64,000 bases of DNA from Acidobacteriaceae bacterium (GTDB lineage: Bacteria; Acidobacteriota; Terriglobia; Terriglobales; Acidobacteriaceae), in NCBI GenBank assembly GCA_049518555.1, contig JBEKRR010000013.1, positions 5,189 to 69,188 of the forward strand, in the 5' to 3' direction. Below, piece after piece: positions 37,795 through 46,046 of the stretch (positions within the stretch are counted from its first letter, which is position 1; each line of letters opens with the position of its first letter). The notes beneath the pieces are model-generated. The model was given only the letters and a program-made list of their open reading frames with translations, made no database searches and had not been told where the DNA came from. Made by a program: the position numbers and the translations under genes.

Positions 37795-37862
37795 CGTGCA
37801 GTGGCCGAGTGACGCGGGTTGCAGGAGGCATCCACATCTCTCAGCGTGCTCCCTTCACGGCT

Positions 37863-38963
37863 TTAGGATTCGCCCATGGCGCTCATCACCGCATCGGTGA
37901 CCATCTTCACCAGGCGGTCCATCTCCGGAGCGTCGGCAGTGATGCGGGTGGCGCCGTCTCTCTTGCATGGAAGCAGCGCAATGGAGTTGGGGGCTTCCAT
38001 GTCGGACAACTGGCACTCCTTCATCGCCGCAGGGTCGAAGCGCGAGTCCGGCAGACCGAGCTTCTTCTTGATGGCCAGCAGGTCGGTGGTTTGCCTCTCG
38101 GAGATCTGCGAGATGGGAACGCCCAGTTGCGACGCCAGGATCAGAGTATGGCAGTAGGTGTCCACCACTTCGGCGTACCACTCGGCGTGGGTGACGGTGT
38201 CTGCCCAGCAGATGATGCCGTGGTTGGAGAGCAGCACCGTATTGTGCTCGCGCACATAGGGAATCACGGTCTGCGCGAAGGCTGCCGTACCCGGCGTCTC
38301 GTAGGGCGAGATAGCGACCTTGCCGACGAAGACCTCGAACTCCGGGATGATCCCGTTGGGCGGGACGCGCCCGGTGATGGCGTACGCCGTCGCATGGGGC
38401 GGATGGCAGTGGACACAAGCCTTGGCCTCCGGCACAGCCTTGTAGATCTCCAGATGCAGAAATATCTCGCTGGTGCGCGGCTTGGTCCCGGCAATCTGAA
38501 CGCCGTCCAGATCCACCAGGCACATATCTTCCGGCGTCAGGTCCAGCTTGCTGAACAGGGTCGGCGTGCAGAGTACCTCGTTGGGCCCGATGCGATACGA
38601 GATGTTGCCGCCGTTGCCATCGACGTAGCCGCGGTTCCACAGCTTGCGGCCGACGGCGCAGATCTCCTTCTTGACCGCCTCGGCCTCCGGCGTGGAGAAG
38701 AGCCGCGGATTGGCGGGGCTGCGCGTCGCCTGCACGGGGCTGGCTGCGCTGCTCCGGCTGGTCGAAGCCGCAACCACAGCGCCCGGGCCCATTACAAGCT
38801 CAATCTCGTTTTGCCGCAGAAAGTCGCGGGCCGAAGGTGTGATGACGCAGCGCTCGCAGACCCGCACCTGGGTTGCCCCGGCGGCCTGCGCGCTCTGCGC
38901 ATCGCGCATTGCCAGAACATTCTGTCCGGTAAGTTCAATCGTTTTCACTTCGCCCTTCCTCAC
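37863..38963 (-). CDS. Class II aldolase (fuculose/rhamnulose-1-P-aldolase-like), BMC cargo with N- and C-terminal extensions
   Basis: GNGGNIS, RTSEIFLH, VHCHPPHATA, LSNHG; C-terminal EMDRLVKMVTDAVMSAM encapsulation-peptide-like helix. Confidence 0.88.
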   Translation of the reverse strand: MRKGEVKTIELTGQNVLAMRDAQSAQAAGATQVRVCERCVITPSARDFLRQNEIELVMGPGAVVAASTSRSSAASPVQATRSPANPRLFSTPEAEAVKKEICAVGRKLWNRGYVDGNGGNISYRIGPNEVLCTPTLFSKLDLTPEDMCLVDLDGVQIAGTKPRTSEIFLHLEIYKAVPEAKACVHCHPPHATAYAITGRVPPNGIIPEFEVFVGKVAISPYETPGTAAFAQTVIPYVREHNTVLLSNHGIICWADTVTHAEWYAEVVDTYCHTLILASQLGVPISQISERQTTDLLAIKKKLGLPDSRFDPAAMKECQLSDMEAPNSIALLPCKRDGATRITADAPEMDRLVKMVTDAVMSAMGES

Positions 38964-38986
38964 TGCCGCACCTCAGATTCTTCTTC

Positions 38987-39277
38987 CTATGACTTCCCTG
39001 TTGTGATGGAGTCGACGATCAACGTGCAATACGCATCCACCGGAGCTCGATTCGGCCAGAAAGGGTTCGCGGCCTCGGTGCCCTCGGTAAACGCCACCAT
39101 CTGGCCCCTGGCAGCGCCCAGCGCATCCACGGCGACCAGAGACTTGCCTCCGCCCAGGCCGTTTTTCGCCCGCAGGTTGGCCATCGTCACCGGCTCCAGC
39201 ACCACCAGCGTCAGGCCGAGCAGCTCCGGAACGGCTGGCGTCAGCGTGACGTGTCCGCGAACGATGCCCAGTCTCAT
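38987..39277 (-). CDS. BMC vertex (pentamer) protein, EutN/CcmL family
   Basis: MRLGIVRGHV..., AVDALGAARGQMV, PVDAYCTLIVD. Confidence 0.88.
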   Translation of the reverse strand: MRLGIVRGHVTLTPAVPELLGLTLVVLEPVTMANLRAKNGLGGGKSLVAVDALGAARGQMVAFTEGTEAANPFWPNRAPVDAYCTLIVDSITTGKS

Positions 39278-39552
39278 GCGGCCCTCCCTGTGCCCTGCAC
39301 CGGGTCCACGATTCCCACCACCACCATGCGGCCCGGCGTTGTGTTGCCGTAGCGCTCGCGCGCGATGTCGCCGTCGGTGGAGACCAGGACGGTGGAACCG
39401 AATGCCGCGCCCAGCAGGTCGATCAGGACCAGCGGCTCCGCGCCGGCGCTGCCGTCGGCCTCCAGCCGCTGGGCCACCAGAAAACGGCAGCCCTCCAGCG
39501 TGGCGTGCTTGGCCGCCGGAACTACCGTGCCGTCGATGCGGGCCAGAAACAT
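39274..39552 (-). CDS. BMC vertex (pentamer) protein, EutN/CcmL family
   Basis: MFLARIDGTVV..K...L.G, IDLLGAAFGSTVLV, VVVGIVD; ATG 2 bp after the AldDH stop. Confidence 0.9.
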   Translation of the reverse strand: MFLARIDGTVVPAAKHATLEGCRFLVAQRLEADGSAGAEPLVLIDLLGAAFGSTVLVSTDGDIARERYGNTTPGRMVVVGIVDPVQGTGRAA

Positions 39553-39554
39553 GG

Positions 39555-41024
39555 CTAGACGATCCTCAGTGCGCCACCGATGGTGAGCTGGCGCTCGCGG
39601 GTGAATGTCAGCGGCGTGGTGATGCCCTCGCCGGTCGGTGTCGCAATGCTGTGGCTCAGGTATCCCGGCCCGCCAAAGCCCAGCGACGCCAGCGACGAGG
39701 CGTTGCTGACGAAGATCGTCGTGTTCATGGCGCGCGCCATGCGCGTCACTGCGTCCACATCCTTCGAGTGAATCACTGCCGTGTGCCGGTAGCCGTGCTC
39801 CGCCTTCACCGCAGCCTTGATGCCCGCGTCCACGCACGACACGCGAACGATTGGGATGAACGGCATCATCTGCTCCTCGACGACGAAGGCATGGTCCTCG
39901 TTTGTCTCGCCGAAGAGGATCTGCGTGCTGGCCGGAACGGTCACCCCGGCCGCCGCTGCAAGCACTGCGACGTCCTTGCCGACCAGTTCCTTCTTCACAT
40001 GCGCGCGCGCGCATCCTTTGCCGTCGCCCTCGAAGGTGAAGGCGGCCTGCGTCAGCCGTTCGATTGCGGCCTTGTTCAACTCGAAGCCGCCCGCGCGGCG
40101 CATCGCATCCATGAACGCCGAGGCGATCGACGCGACCACGAAGACCTCTTTCTCGCCGATGCAGAGCAGGTTGTTGTCGAAGGCCCCGCCCTCGATGATG
40201 CACCGCGCGGCCAGGTCGAGGTCGGCGTTCTGGTCCACCACCACCGGCGGATTGCCCGGCCCGGCCGCAATCACGCGCTTGCCGAACTTGCTCGCCGCCT
40301 GCACCACCATCGGCCCGCCAGTGACGCACAACAGCGCGACCTTGGGATGCTGAAAGATCTCCCCAGCCGCTTCAATGCTGGGTTCCAGAATGGTGGTGAG
40401 CACGTTGGCCACGCCGCACTCGCTCTCGATCTCGCGGTTGAAGAGCTGCAACGCGAACTGCGAGACGCGCTTGCCCGACGGGTGCGGCGCAAAGATCGCC
40501 GTGTTGCCCGCGGCCAGAATGTTGATCGCGTTGGCGGCCATCGTCGGCACCGCGTGGGTGACGGGAAGCACCATGCCGATGACGCCCCAGGGTGCGTGTT
40601 CGATCAAAAGCAACCCGGACGAATCGCTGCGCGCCTCGCTGTGCATCGCCTCCACGCCCAGCACGTAGCGCATGTTTTTCAGCTTCTGAATCTTGTGGTC
40701 CAGCCGGCCCACCTTGGTCTCTTCCAGCTCCATCTTGCCCAGCTCTTCCGAGCGGTCGATGCAGATCCGCCGCACGATGGAGATCATGCGCCCGCGCTCT
40801 TCCAGGCTCATCTCCTCGACCTTCTTCTGTGCCACCTGCGCCGCGTTGACCGCCTCGTCCACGGTGAGGAAGACGCCGTCGTGCGCGTCCGCGCTGCTGG
40901 CATGTCTAGCGGATGCCGGCGCGCTGGCTGGCAACGGCACCGGCTGCGCCTGCTGCATCTGGGCGCGGAGCCGTGCCACAACCTCCCGCGCAATCTCCGC
41001 GATCACCTGTTCCTGGTTCGTCAT
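39555..41024 (-). CDS. CoA-acylating aldehyde dehydrogenase (PduP/EutE-like) with N-terminal encapsulation peptide
   Basis: APWGVIGMVLPVTH, VTGGPMVV, AAGPGNPPVVVD, FDNNLLCIGEKE, EEQMMP, EHGYRHTA, ATPTGEG; N-terminal EQVIAEIAREVVARL. Confidence 0.93.
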   Translation of the reverse strand: MTNQEQVIAEIAREVVARLRAQMQQAQPVPLPASAPASARHASSADAHDGVFLTVDEAVNAAQVAQKKVEEMSLEERGRMISIVRRICIDRSEELGKMELEETKVGRLDHKIQKLKNMRYVLGVEAMHSEARSDSSGLLLIEHAPWGVIGMVLPVTHAVPTMAANAINILAAGNTAIFAPHPSGKRVSQFALQLFNREIESECGVANVLTTILEPSIEAAGEIFQHPKVALLCVTGGPMVVQAASKFGKRVIAAGPGNPPVVVDQNADLDLAARCIIEGGAFDNNLLCIGEKEVFVVASIASAFMDAMRRAGGFELNKAAIERLTQAAFTFEGDGKGCARAHVKKELVGKDVAVLAAAAGVTVPASTQILFGETNEDHAFVVEEQMMPFIPIVRVSCVDAGIKAAVKAEHGYRHTAVIHSKDVDAVTRMARAMNTTIFVSNASSLASLGFGGPGYLSHSIATPTGEGITTPLTFTRERQLTIGGALRIV

Positions 41025-41044
41025 ACTTTCTCCAAGCCCATCAT

Positions 41045-41344
41045 TTACGGCTTCTCCAATATCTTGCCGTCGACCTCGACCGTATCCACGATGCCGACAA
41101 GCACCGCATCCACCGGCGCATCCTTGGTCGCCGGCGTCAGCCGCGCCGAGCTTCCCTGCGTAAACAACACGCACTCGCCGATTCCCGCGCCAACACTGTC
41201 AACCGCCACCACGGAGCTGCCGGAGATCTCCAGCCGGCCCTCCCGGTGGTTGATGTACGGCTGGACCAGCAGCAGCTTCATCCCACGGAACTTCTCGTTC
41301 TTCTGCGTGGAGACGACATTGCCGATTACTTTTGCGATAAACAT
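41045..41344 (-). CDS. BMC vertex (pentamer) protein, EutN/CcmL family
   Basis: MFIAKVIGNVVSTQK, VAVDSVGAGIGE, PVDAVLVGIVD. Confidence 0.95.
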   Translation of the reverse strand: MFIAKVIGNVVSTQKNEKFRGMKLLLVQPYINHREGRLEISGSSVVAVDSVGAGIGECVLFTQGSSARLTPATKDAPVDAVLVGIVDTVEVDGKILEKP

Positions 41345-41400
41345 GTCCGCTCACCTCATTGCGCCACGCAGGATTGTGCCCTGCGCGGCGTTCGCATCAG

Positions 41401-41673
41401 CTATTTCGGCAATACGGACCCCAGGCTGCTGTGCGGCCGCGCGATCACATGCACGCTCATCACCTCGCCGGCTTCCTTGGCGGCTGCCGCTCCCGCATCC
41501 ACCGCCGCGCGCACGCTGCCTACATCGCCTTGAACGAAGACCGAGCACAACCCGCTGCCAACCTTGTTCCATCCGACGAACTCGACGCTTGCCGCCTTCA
41601 GCATCGCGTCGGTGGCCTGCACCAGGGCTACCAGGCCCTTCGTCTCAATCATTCCAATCGCTTCATTGGCCAT
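41401..41673 (-). CDS. BMC hexamer shell protein (BMC-H)
   Basis: [41 protein letters not shown]. Confidence 0.96.
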   Translation of the reverse strand: MANEAIGMIETKGLVALVQATDAMLKAASVEFVGWNKVGSGLCSVFVQGDVGSVRAAVDAGAAAAKEAGEVMSVHVIARPHSSLGSVLPK

Positions 41674-41729
41674 TTCGTTTCTCCCAATCTTCCTAGTTCT
41701 GTAATTATCAGTGGCTCGTGTCCAATCCC

Positions 41730-41764
41730 TCGAACCTCGAACCTTGTACTTAGAACCTTGGTTC
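41730..41764. repeat. Degenerate intergenic heptamer array
   Basis: tcgaacc tcgaacc ttgtact tagaacc ttggttc. Confidence 0.5.
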
Positions 41765-41767
41765 GAC

Positions 41768-42037
41768 TTACTTCAGAAAGCTGTCGACCAGCGCATCGTG
41801 CGGACGCGCGATCACATGCGAGGCCACCAGTTCGCCGACTGCCTTGGCTGCGGCCGCTCCGGCATCCACGGCCGCGCGCACGCTGCCTACGTCTCCGCGC
41901 ACGATCGCGGTCACAAATCCTCCGCCAATCTGCACGGTCTTCACCAGCTCCACACTGGCAGCCTTCACCATCGCATCGCTTGCCTCGACCAGTCCGACGA
42001 GGCCCTTTGTTTCGATCAATCCAATTGCTTCACTCAT
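41768..42037 (-). CDS. BMC hexamer shell protein (BMC-H)
   Basis: [42 protein letters not shown]. Confidence 0.96.
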   Translation of the reverse strand: MSEAIGLIETKGLVGLVEASDAMVKAASVELVKTVQIGGGFVTAIVRGDVGSVRAAVDAGAAAAKAVGELVASHVIARPHDALVDSFLK

Positions 42038-42078
42038 CTTGTCTCCTCTGCCCGCTGGGGCAATCTCTTCCGGTGGCT

Positions 42079-42125
42079 GGGTGCCCCATCCTTGTGGCGT
42101 ATTTGTCTTTGCCGCAAGGGTGGGA
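42079..42125. repeat. REP-like palindrome between BMC-H genes
   Basis: GGGTGCCC head; 14-bp stem cccatccttgtggc (42085-98) / gccgcaagggtggg (42111-24). Confidence 0.7.
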
Positions 42126-42133
42126 TGGCTCAG

Positions 42134-42427
42134 CTATTTCTTGATTGCGGCCTTCTTCTCCGCTTGCACGAAGGAGGGCAGCTCGTCGTGGGGGCGCGAG
42201 ATCACCTGAACGCTGACCACCTCGCCGATCCGCGATGCGGCTTCCGCGCCGGCATCGGTTGAGGCCTTCACCGCGGCCACGTCGCCTTCAACAAAGGCAG
42301 TGACCAGTCCCGACCCCACCGACTGCCAGCCGGTAAAGGTCACGTTTGCGGATTTCAGCATCGCGTCAGTCGCCTCGAACAGCGCGACCAAGCCCTTCGT
42401 TTCTATCATTCCAAGCGCTTGTTTCAT
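42134..42427 (-). CDS. BMC hexamer shell protein (BMC-H)
   Basis: ALGMIETKG, DAMLKSA, SVGSG, EGDVAAVKA, VISRPH. Confidence 0.96.
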   Translation of the reverse strand: MKQALGMIETKGLVALFEATDAMLKSANVTFTGWQSVGSGLVTAFVEGDVAAVKASTDAGAEAASRIGEVVSVQVISRPHDELPSFVQAEKKAAIKK

Positions 42428-42480
42428 CGAGTCCTCTCTTCTTCCTTCCGAATTGCTAAAACCCTTGATTCCCTGAAACC

Positions 42481-43185
42481 TTACTTCAGCAGTTCAATGT
42501 CCTTGGTCAGATGCAGGCCGCACGCATTGGCCTCGTCGGTGTCCATGTGGACGTTGAGCCGTGAGGTTGGGTCGATGCGGACGTGAACGTTGTTGAAGGT
42601 CGTGCTGGCCGCTCCGCCCACGCGCAGCTTCATCAGGTCGCCCTGCTTGACACCGAAGTAGGCTGCCTCGCCCGGGTTCATGTGCACGTGGATGGCCGCG
42701 CGAATGATGCCTTCCTTCAGTTCGATGTTGCCCTTCGGCCCCATGATGATCGCGCCCGGCGTTCCCGCGATGTTGCCGGAGAGACGCACCGGGATATCGT
42801 CGAAGCCCAGGCTGATGGCGTCGGTGAACGCCAGCTCCACCTGCGACTGCTTGCGCATCGGCCCCAGGATGCGCAGGTTGGAGATCAGGCGGCTGCGCGG
42901 TCCAATGATCGTCACCTTCTCGTTGGCGGCGAAGTTGCCCGCCTGGTACAGCTCCTTGTAGACCGTCAGCTCCGTGCCCGGCCCGAACAGAACGTCCATG
43001 TCCGCGCGGCAGATGTGCATGTGCCGCGCCGAGGCCAGCACGGTCAGCAACGGAGCTTCGCCGACTGCGCGGCCCGCGCCATCGCGGCCAAGATACTCCA
43101 ATGCGACTTGACGAACGATCTGCTCCACCACCGACCGGTCGATCGTTTGAGACGGTTTCGTTAGTGCTGCGCTTCCACTTGCCAT
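42481..43185 (-). CDS. pduL: PduL-family phosphotransacylase with N-terminal encapsulation peptide
   Basis: SARHMH, RILGPMR.QSQVE, PVRLSG, IRAAIHVHM, VHMDTDEANA; N-terminal RSVVEQIVRQVALEYL. Confidence 0.93.
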   Translation of the reverse strand: MASGSAALTKPSQTIDRSVVEQIVRQVALEYLGRDGAGRAVGEAPLLTVLASARHMHICRADMDVLFGPGTELTVYKELYQAGNFAANEKVTIIGPRSRLISNLRILGPMRKQSQVELAFTDAISLGFDDIPVRLSGNIAGTPGAIIMGPKGNIELKEGIIRAAIHVHMNPGEAAYFGVKQGDLMKLRVGGAASTTFNNVHVRIDPTSRLNVHMDTDEANACGLHLTKDIELLK

Positions 43186-43213
43186 AGTCTGACCTGACTC
43201 ACCACGCTCGGGT

Positions 43214-44398
43214 TCATCTCGCTGCTTCGATTGATTTCCCTATACCTTCCCGCTTCACTGCGCCCCGTTCGACAACGCTCACGGTGTCGCGCGCAACCAC
43301 ACTCTCTTCATCCGCCGGAACGATCAGCACCGTGACGGCGGAGGTCTTGCTGGAGATCACCTGCGCGGTGCGCGCCGCGCGGTTCACCGCCTCGTCGATC
43401 TCGATCTCGAAGGAGGCCAGGTTCCGGCACACCGCGGCGCGAGTCTCCCAACTGTTCTCGCCGATGCCGCCGGAGAAGCTGATCACGTCCACCCCGTCCA
43501 GCTCCAGCATGAACGCCCCAAGATAGTGGCGGATGGCGCGCACATACACATCCAGCGCAAGCCGCGCGCGGTGGCTGCCCGCCGCAGCCGCCTCTTCCAT
43601 GTCGCGCATGTCGCCGCTGGTGCCGCTGATCCCCGCCAGGCCGGACTGGCTGCCCAGAATGCGCGCCATCTCGTCCGGGCCAAAGTCCAGCTTCTTCATC
43701 ATGTACAGCACGGCGAAGGCGTCGATGTCGCCCACGCGATTGTTCTGCGGCAGGCCGGACTGCGGCGATGTGCCGAAGCTGGTGTCGATGGCCACCCCGT
43801 CGCGGAAGGCCGCAATGCTGGAGCTTCCTCCCAGATGGCAGGAGATGTGGCGCAGGTTGGGCTTATTGAACTGCTTGCGCACATTCTCGCTGGCCGCGCG
43901 ATGGCTCGCTCCGTGGAAGCCATAGCGGCGTATGCCGAACTCCGTGCGCCACTCGTACGGCACCGCGTAGGCGGTGGCAGCCTCGTCCAGCGATGCGTAG
44001 GGAATGGTCTCGAAGACCGCGACCAGAGGCACGCCGGGCAGTGCGTCGCGAAAGGCCTTCATGGCGGCGATATACGGAGGATTGTGCGCGGGCGCGAAGA
44101 AGGAGAAGGCGTCCATCGCCGCCAGCAGCTCGTCGTTCACCAGGCACGGGCCGGAGAGCGGGCCGGCATGAACCGCCTTGAATCCCACCGCTTCAATCTC
44201 CGACAGGCTCTTCAGCGCCTTGCCGGGGCCCACCACATCGGCAATGCACTTGCGGATCGCGGAGGGGTAGTCGGGACAATCGCCGCCGGGCTGCCCAATC
44301 CGTTCCACCCGTCCATTGGCCAACACCGTCTCCTCCGGCATCTTCAGCACGCGGTACTTGAAGGACGTGCTGCCGATATTGGGGATCAGACATATCAT
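43214..44398 (-). CDS. ackA: Acetate/propionate-family kinase (BMC-associated)
   Basis: NIGSTSFKY, APAHNPP, RRYGFHGASH, CHLGG, RVGDID, GGIGEN, ADEE. Confidence 0.9.
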   Translation of the reverse strand: MICLIPNIGSTSFKYRVLKMPEETVLANGRVERIGQPGGDCPDYPSAIRKCIADVVGPGKALKSLSEIEAVGFKAVHAGPLSGPCLVNDELLAAMDAFSFFAPAHNPPYIAAMKAFRDALPGVPLVAVFETIPYASLDEAATAYAVPYEWRTEFGIRRYGFHGASHRAASENVRKQFNKPNLRHISCHLGGSSSIAAFRDGVAIDTSFGTSPQSGLPQNNRVGDIDAFAVLYMMKKLDFGPDEMARILGSQSGLAGISGTSGDMRDMEEAAAAGSHRARLALDVYVRAIRHYLGAFMLELDGVDVISFSGGIGENSWETRAAVCRNLASFEIEIDEAVNRAARTAQVISSKTSAVTVLIVPADEESVVARDTVSVVERGAVKREGIGKSIEAAR

Positions 44399-44562
44399 CG
44401 TGACGAACGATTCAGTTTGGCGAACTGCATTGCAGCGCAGCGGAATGCATTCCGTAGTGACAAACTACATATTGCACCAGTTGTTACTACGGACTAAGTT
44501 AACGATGAACTACTAACTGATAAGTCCGCCAAACTACCAATTCTGACGGACTATGAACGTTC

Positions 44563-44607
44563 TTGACTGCATAAAAACCATATCGTATATTGACTGTCAG
44601 AGTCAAT
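44563..44607. promoter_or_regulatory. Overlapping divergent sigma70 promoters and operator palindrome of the BMC locus
   Basis: Plus strand: TTGACT(44563)-N17-TATATT(44586). Minus strand: TTGACT(44606)-N18-TATGGT(44582). Palindrome ATTGACT-N5-AGTCAAT at 44589-44607. Confidence 0.6.
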
Positions 44608-44640
44608 CAGAATCGTGAACGACTTTGAGGATTTCGCCCG

Positions 44641-45993
44641 ATGGCACCAGAGGCAGGTGGAGCGCTAATGGCTGCGGCCAAAGGTAGATCGCAACCGATG
44701 ACCCCAGCTCGCGTGGGCGAGCTGGGCATTGTGGGCGCAGGTGGCGGGGGATTTCCCACGGCGGTGAAGCTGGGGACGCGCGTGCCGCTGGTGATCGCCA
44801 ATGCGGCTGAGTGCGAGCCGCTGCTGCACAAGGACAAGGAGCTGCTGCACCACCTCTCCGAGCCGTTCCTGCGCGGCATGATCGCGGCCATGGAGATGGT
44901 GGGCGCGCCGCAGGGCGTCATCGGCATCAAGGAGAAGTACCACGACATCATCGCCGCGATGGAGCAGCAGACGCCCAAAAACATCCGCGTCGCGCTGCTG
45001 CCGGACGCCTACCCGGCGGGCGACGAGTTCATCCTGGTCCACATCGTCACCGGCCGCGTCATCCCTCCCGGCGGGCTGCCCAAGGACGTGGACGCAATGG
45101 TGGCCAACATCGAGACCCTGATGAACATTGGGCTGGACCAGCCGGTGACCGAGAAGTATCTCACCGTCGCCGGCGCGGTGCGCAACCCCATCACGTTGCG
45201 CGTGCCCATCGGCATCACCATCGGCGAGGTGATCGAAGCCGCGGGCGGAGCAACGGTCGGCGACTTCAGCGTGCTGCTGGGCGGCGTGATGATGGCGCGT
45301 CCCGCCGCTGGTCTAGACGTTCCTGTCACCAAGACGACCGGCGGCATTGTCGTTCTACCCTCCTCGCACAAGCTGATCGAACGCCACGCCGCCAAGTGGC
45401 CGGTGATTGCGCGCGTCGGCCGCTCGGCCTGCGACCAGTGCCGCTTCTGCACGGAGTTTTGCCCGCGCTATTTGCTGGGCCATCCCATCCAGCCGCACCG
45501 CGCCATGCAGTCGCTGGGCTTCAGCCCCAGCCCGGCGGAGATCGTCGCCGGCACGCTCTACTGTTGCGAGTGCAACCTGTGCAGCCTGTACGCCTGCCCG
45601 GAGGACCTCGACCCCAAGAACGTCTGCGTGCAGTCCAAGCCCGCGGCGCGCGCCAACGGGCTCTTCTTCACCGGAACGCCGGAGTCGGTGACGCCGCATC
45701 CCATGGCGGACTACCGCCGCGTGCCCATGTCGCGCCTGATCTCGCGGCTGGGGCTCTCCGAGTTCCACAACGTCGGCCCGCTGACCGAACACAGCTTCTC
45801 GCCCAGCCGCGTCACTCTGCCGTTGAAGCAGCACGCGGGCGCGCCTGCGGTTGCGGTGGTCAAGACGGGACAAAAGGTGAACGTGGGCGACCTGCTGGCC
45901 GCACCCGAGGAGGGCAAGCTGGGAGCGCGCATCCACGCCAGCATTCGCGGCGTGGCGCGGCTCACGCACGACTCGGTGGTGATCGATGCATAG
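44641..45993 (+). CDS. pduS: PduS/RnfC-like Fe-S flavoprotein (NADH-binding, SLBB, 2x[4Fe-4S])
   Basis: GIVGAGGGGFPT, NAAECEPLL, YPAGDE, CDQCRFCTEFCPRYLLGH, CCECNLCSLYACP, C-terminal LKQHAGAP barrel (PduS domain order); alternative ATG 44668. Confidence 0.88.
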   Translation: MAPEAGGALMAAAKGRSQPMTPARVGELGIVGAGGGGFPTAVKLGTRVPLVIANAAECEPLLHKDKELLHHLSEPFLRGMIAAMEMVGAPQGVIGIKEKYHDIIAAMEQQTPKNIRVALLPDAYPAGDEFILVHIVTGRVIPPGGLPKDVDAMVANIETLMNIGLDQPVTEKYLTVAGAVRNPITLRVPIGITIGEVIEAAGGATVGDFSVLLGGVMMARPAAGLDVPVTKTTGGIVVLPSSHKLIERHAAKWPVIARVGRSACDQCRFCTEFCPRYLLGHPIQPHRAMQSLGFSPSPAEIVAGTLYCCECNLCSLYACPEDLDPKNVCVQSKPAARANGLFFTGTPESVTPHPMADYRRVPMSRLISRLGLSEFHNVGPLTEHSFSPSRVTLPLKQHAGAPAVAVVKTGQKVNVGDLLAAPEEGKLGARIHASIRGVARLTHDSVVIDA

Positions 45994-46046
45994 CTCGAAT
46001 CGGACTGGCTTGACGCGTAAGACGAAGCTCGGAAGGAGCCAACCTC

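Noticed and set aside
37809-41696. 1295-aa plus-strand ORF and other long antisense or alternate-frame ORFs (4617-6545, 8026-10371, 32601-33959, 52190-54985, 54967-57471)
   Set aside because: They lie opposite or over clearly recognisable genes, have no motifs and are Arg/Ala/Gly-rich: shadow ORFs from high-GC codon bias.
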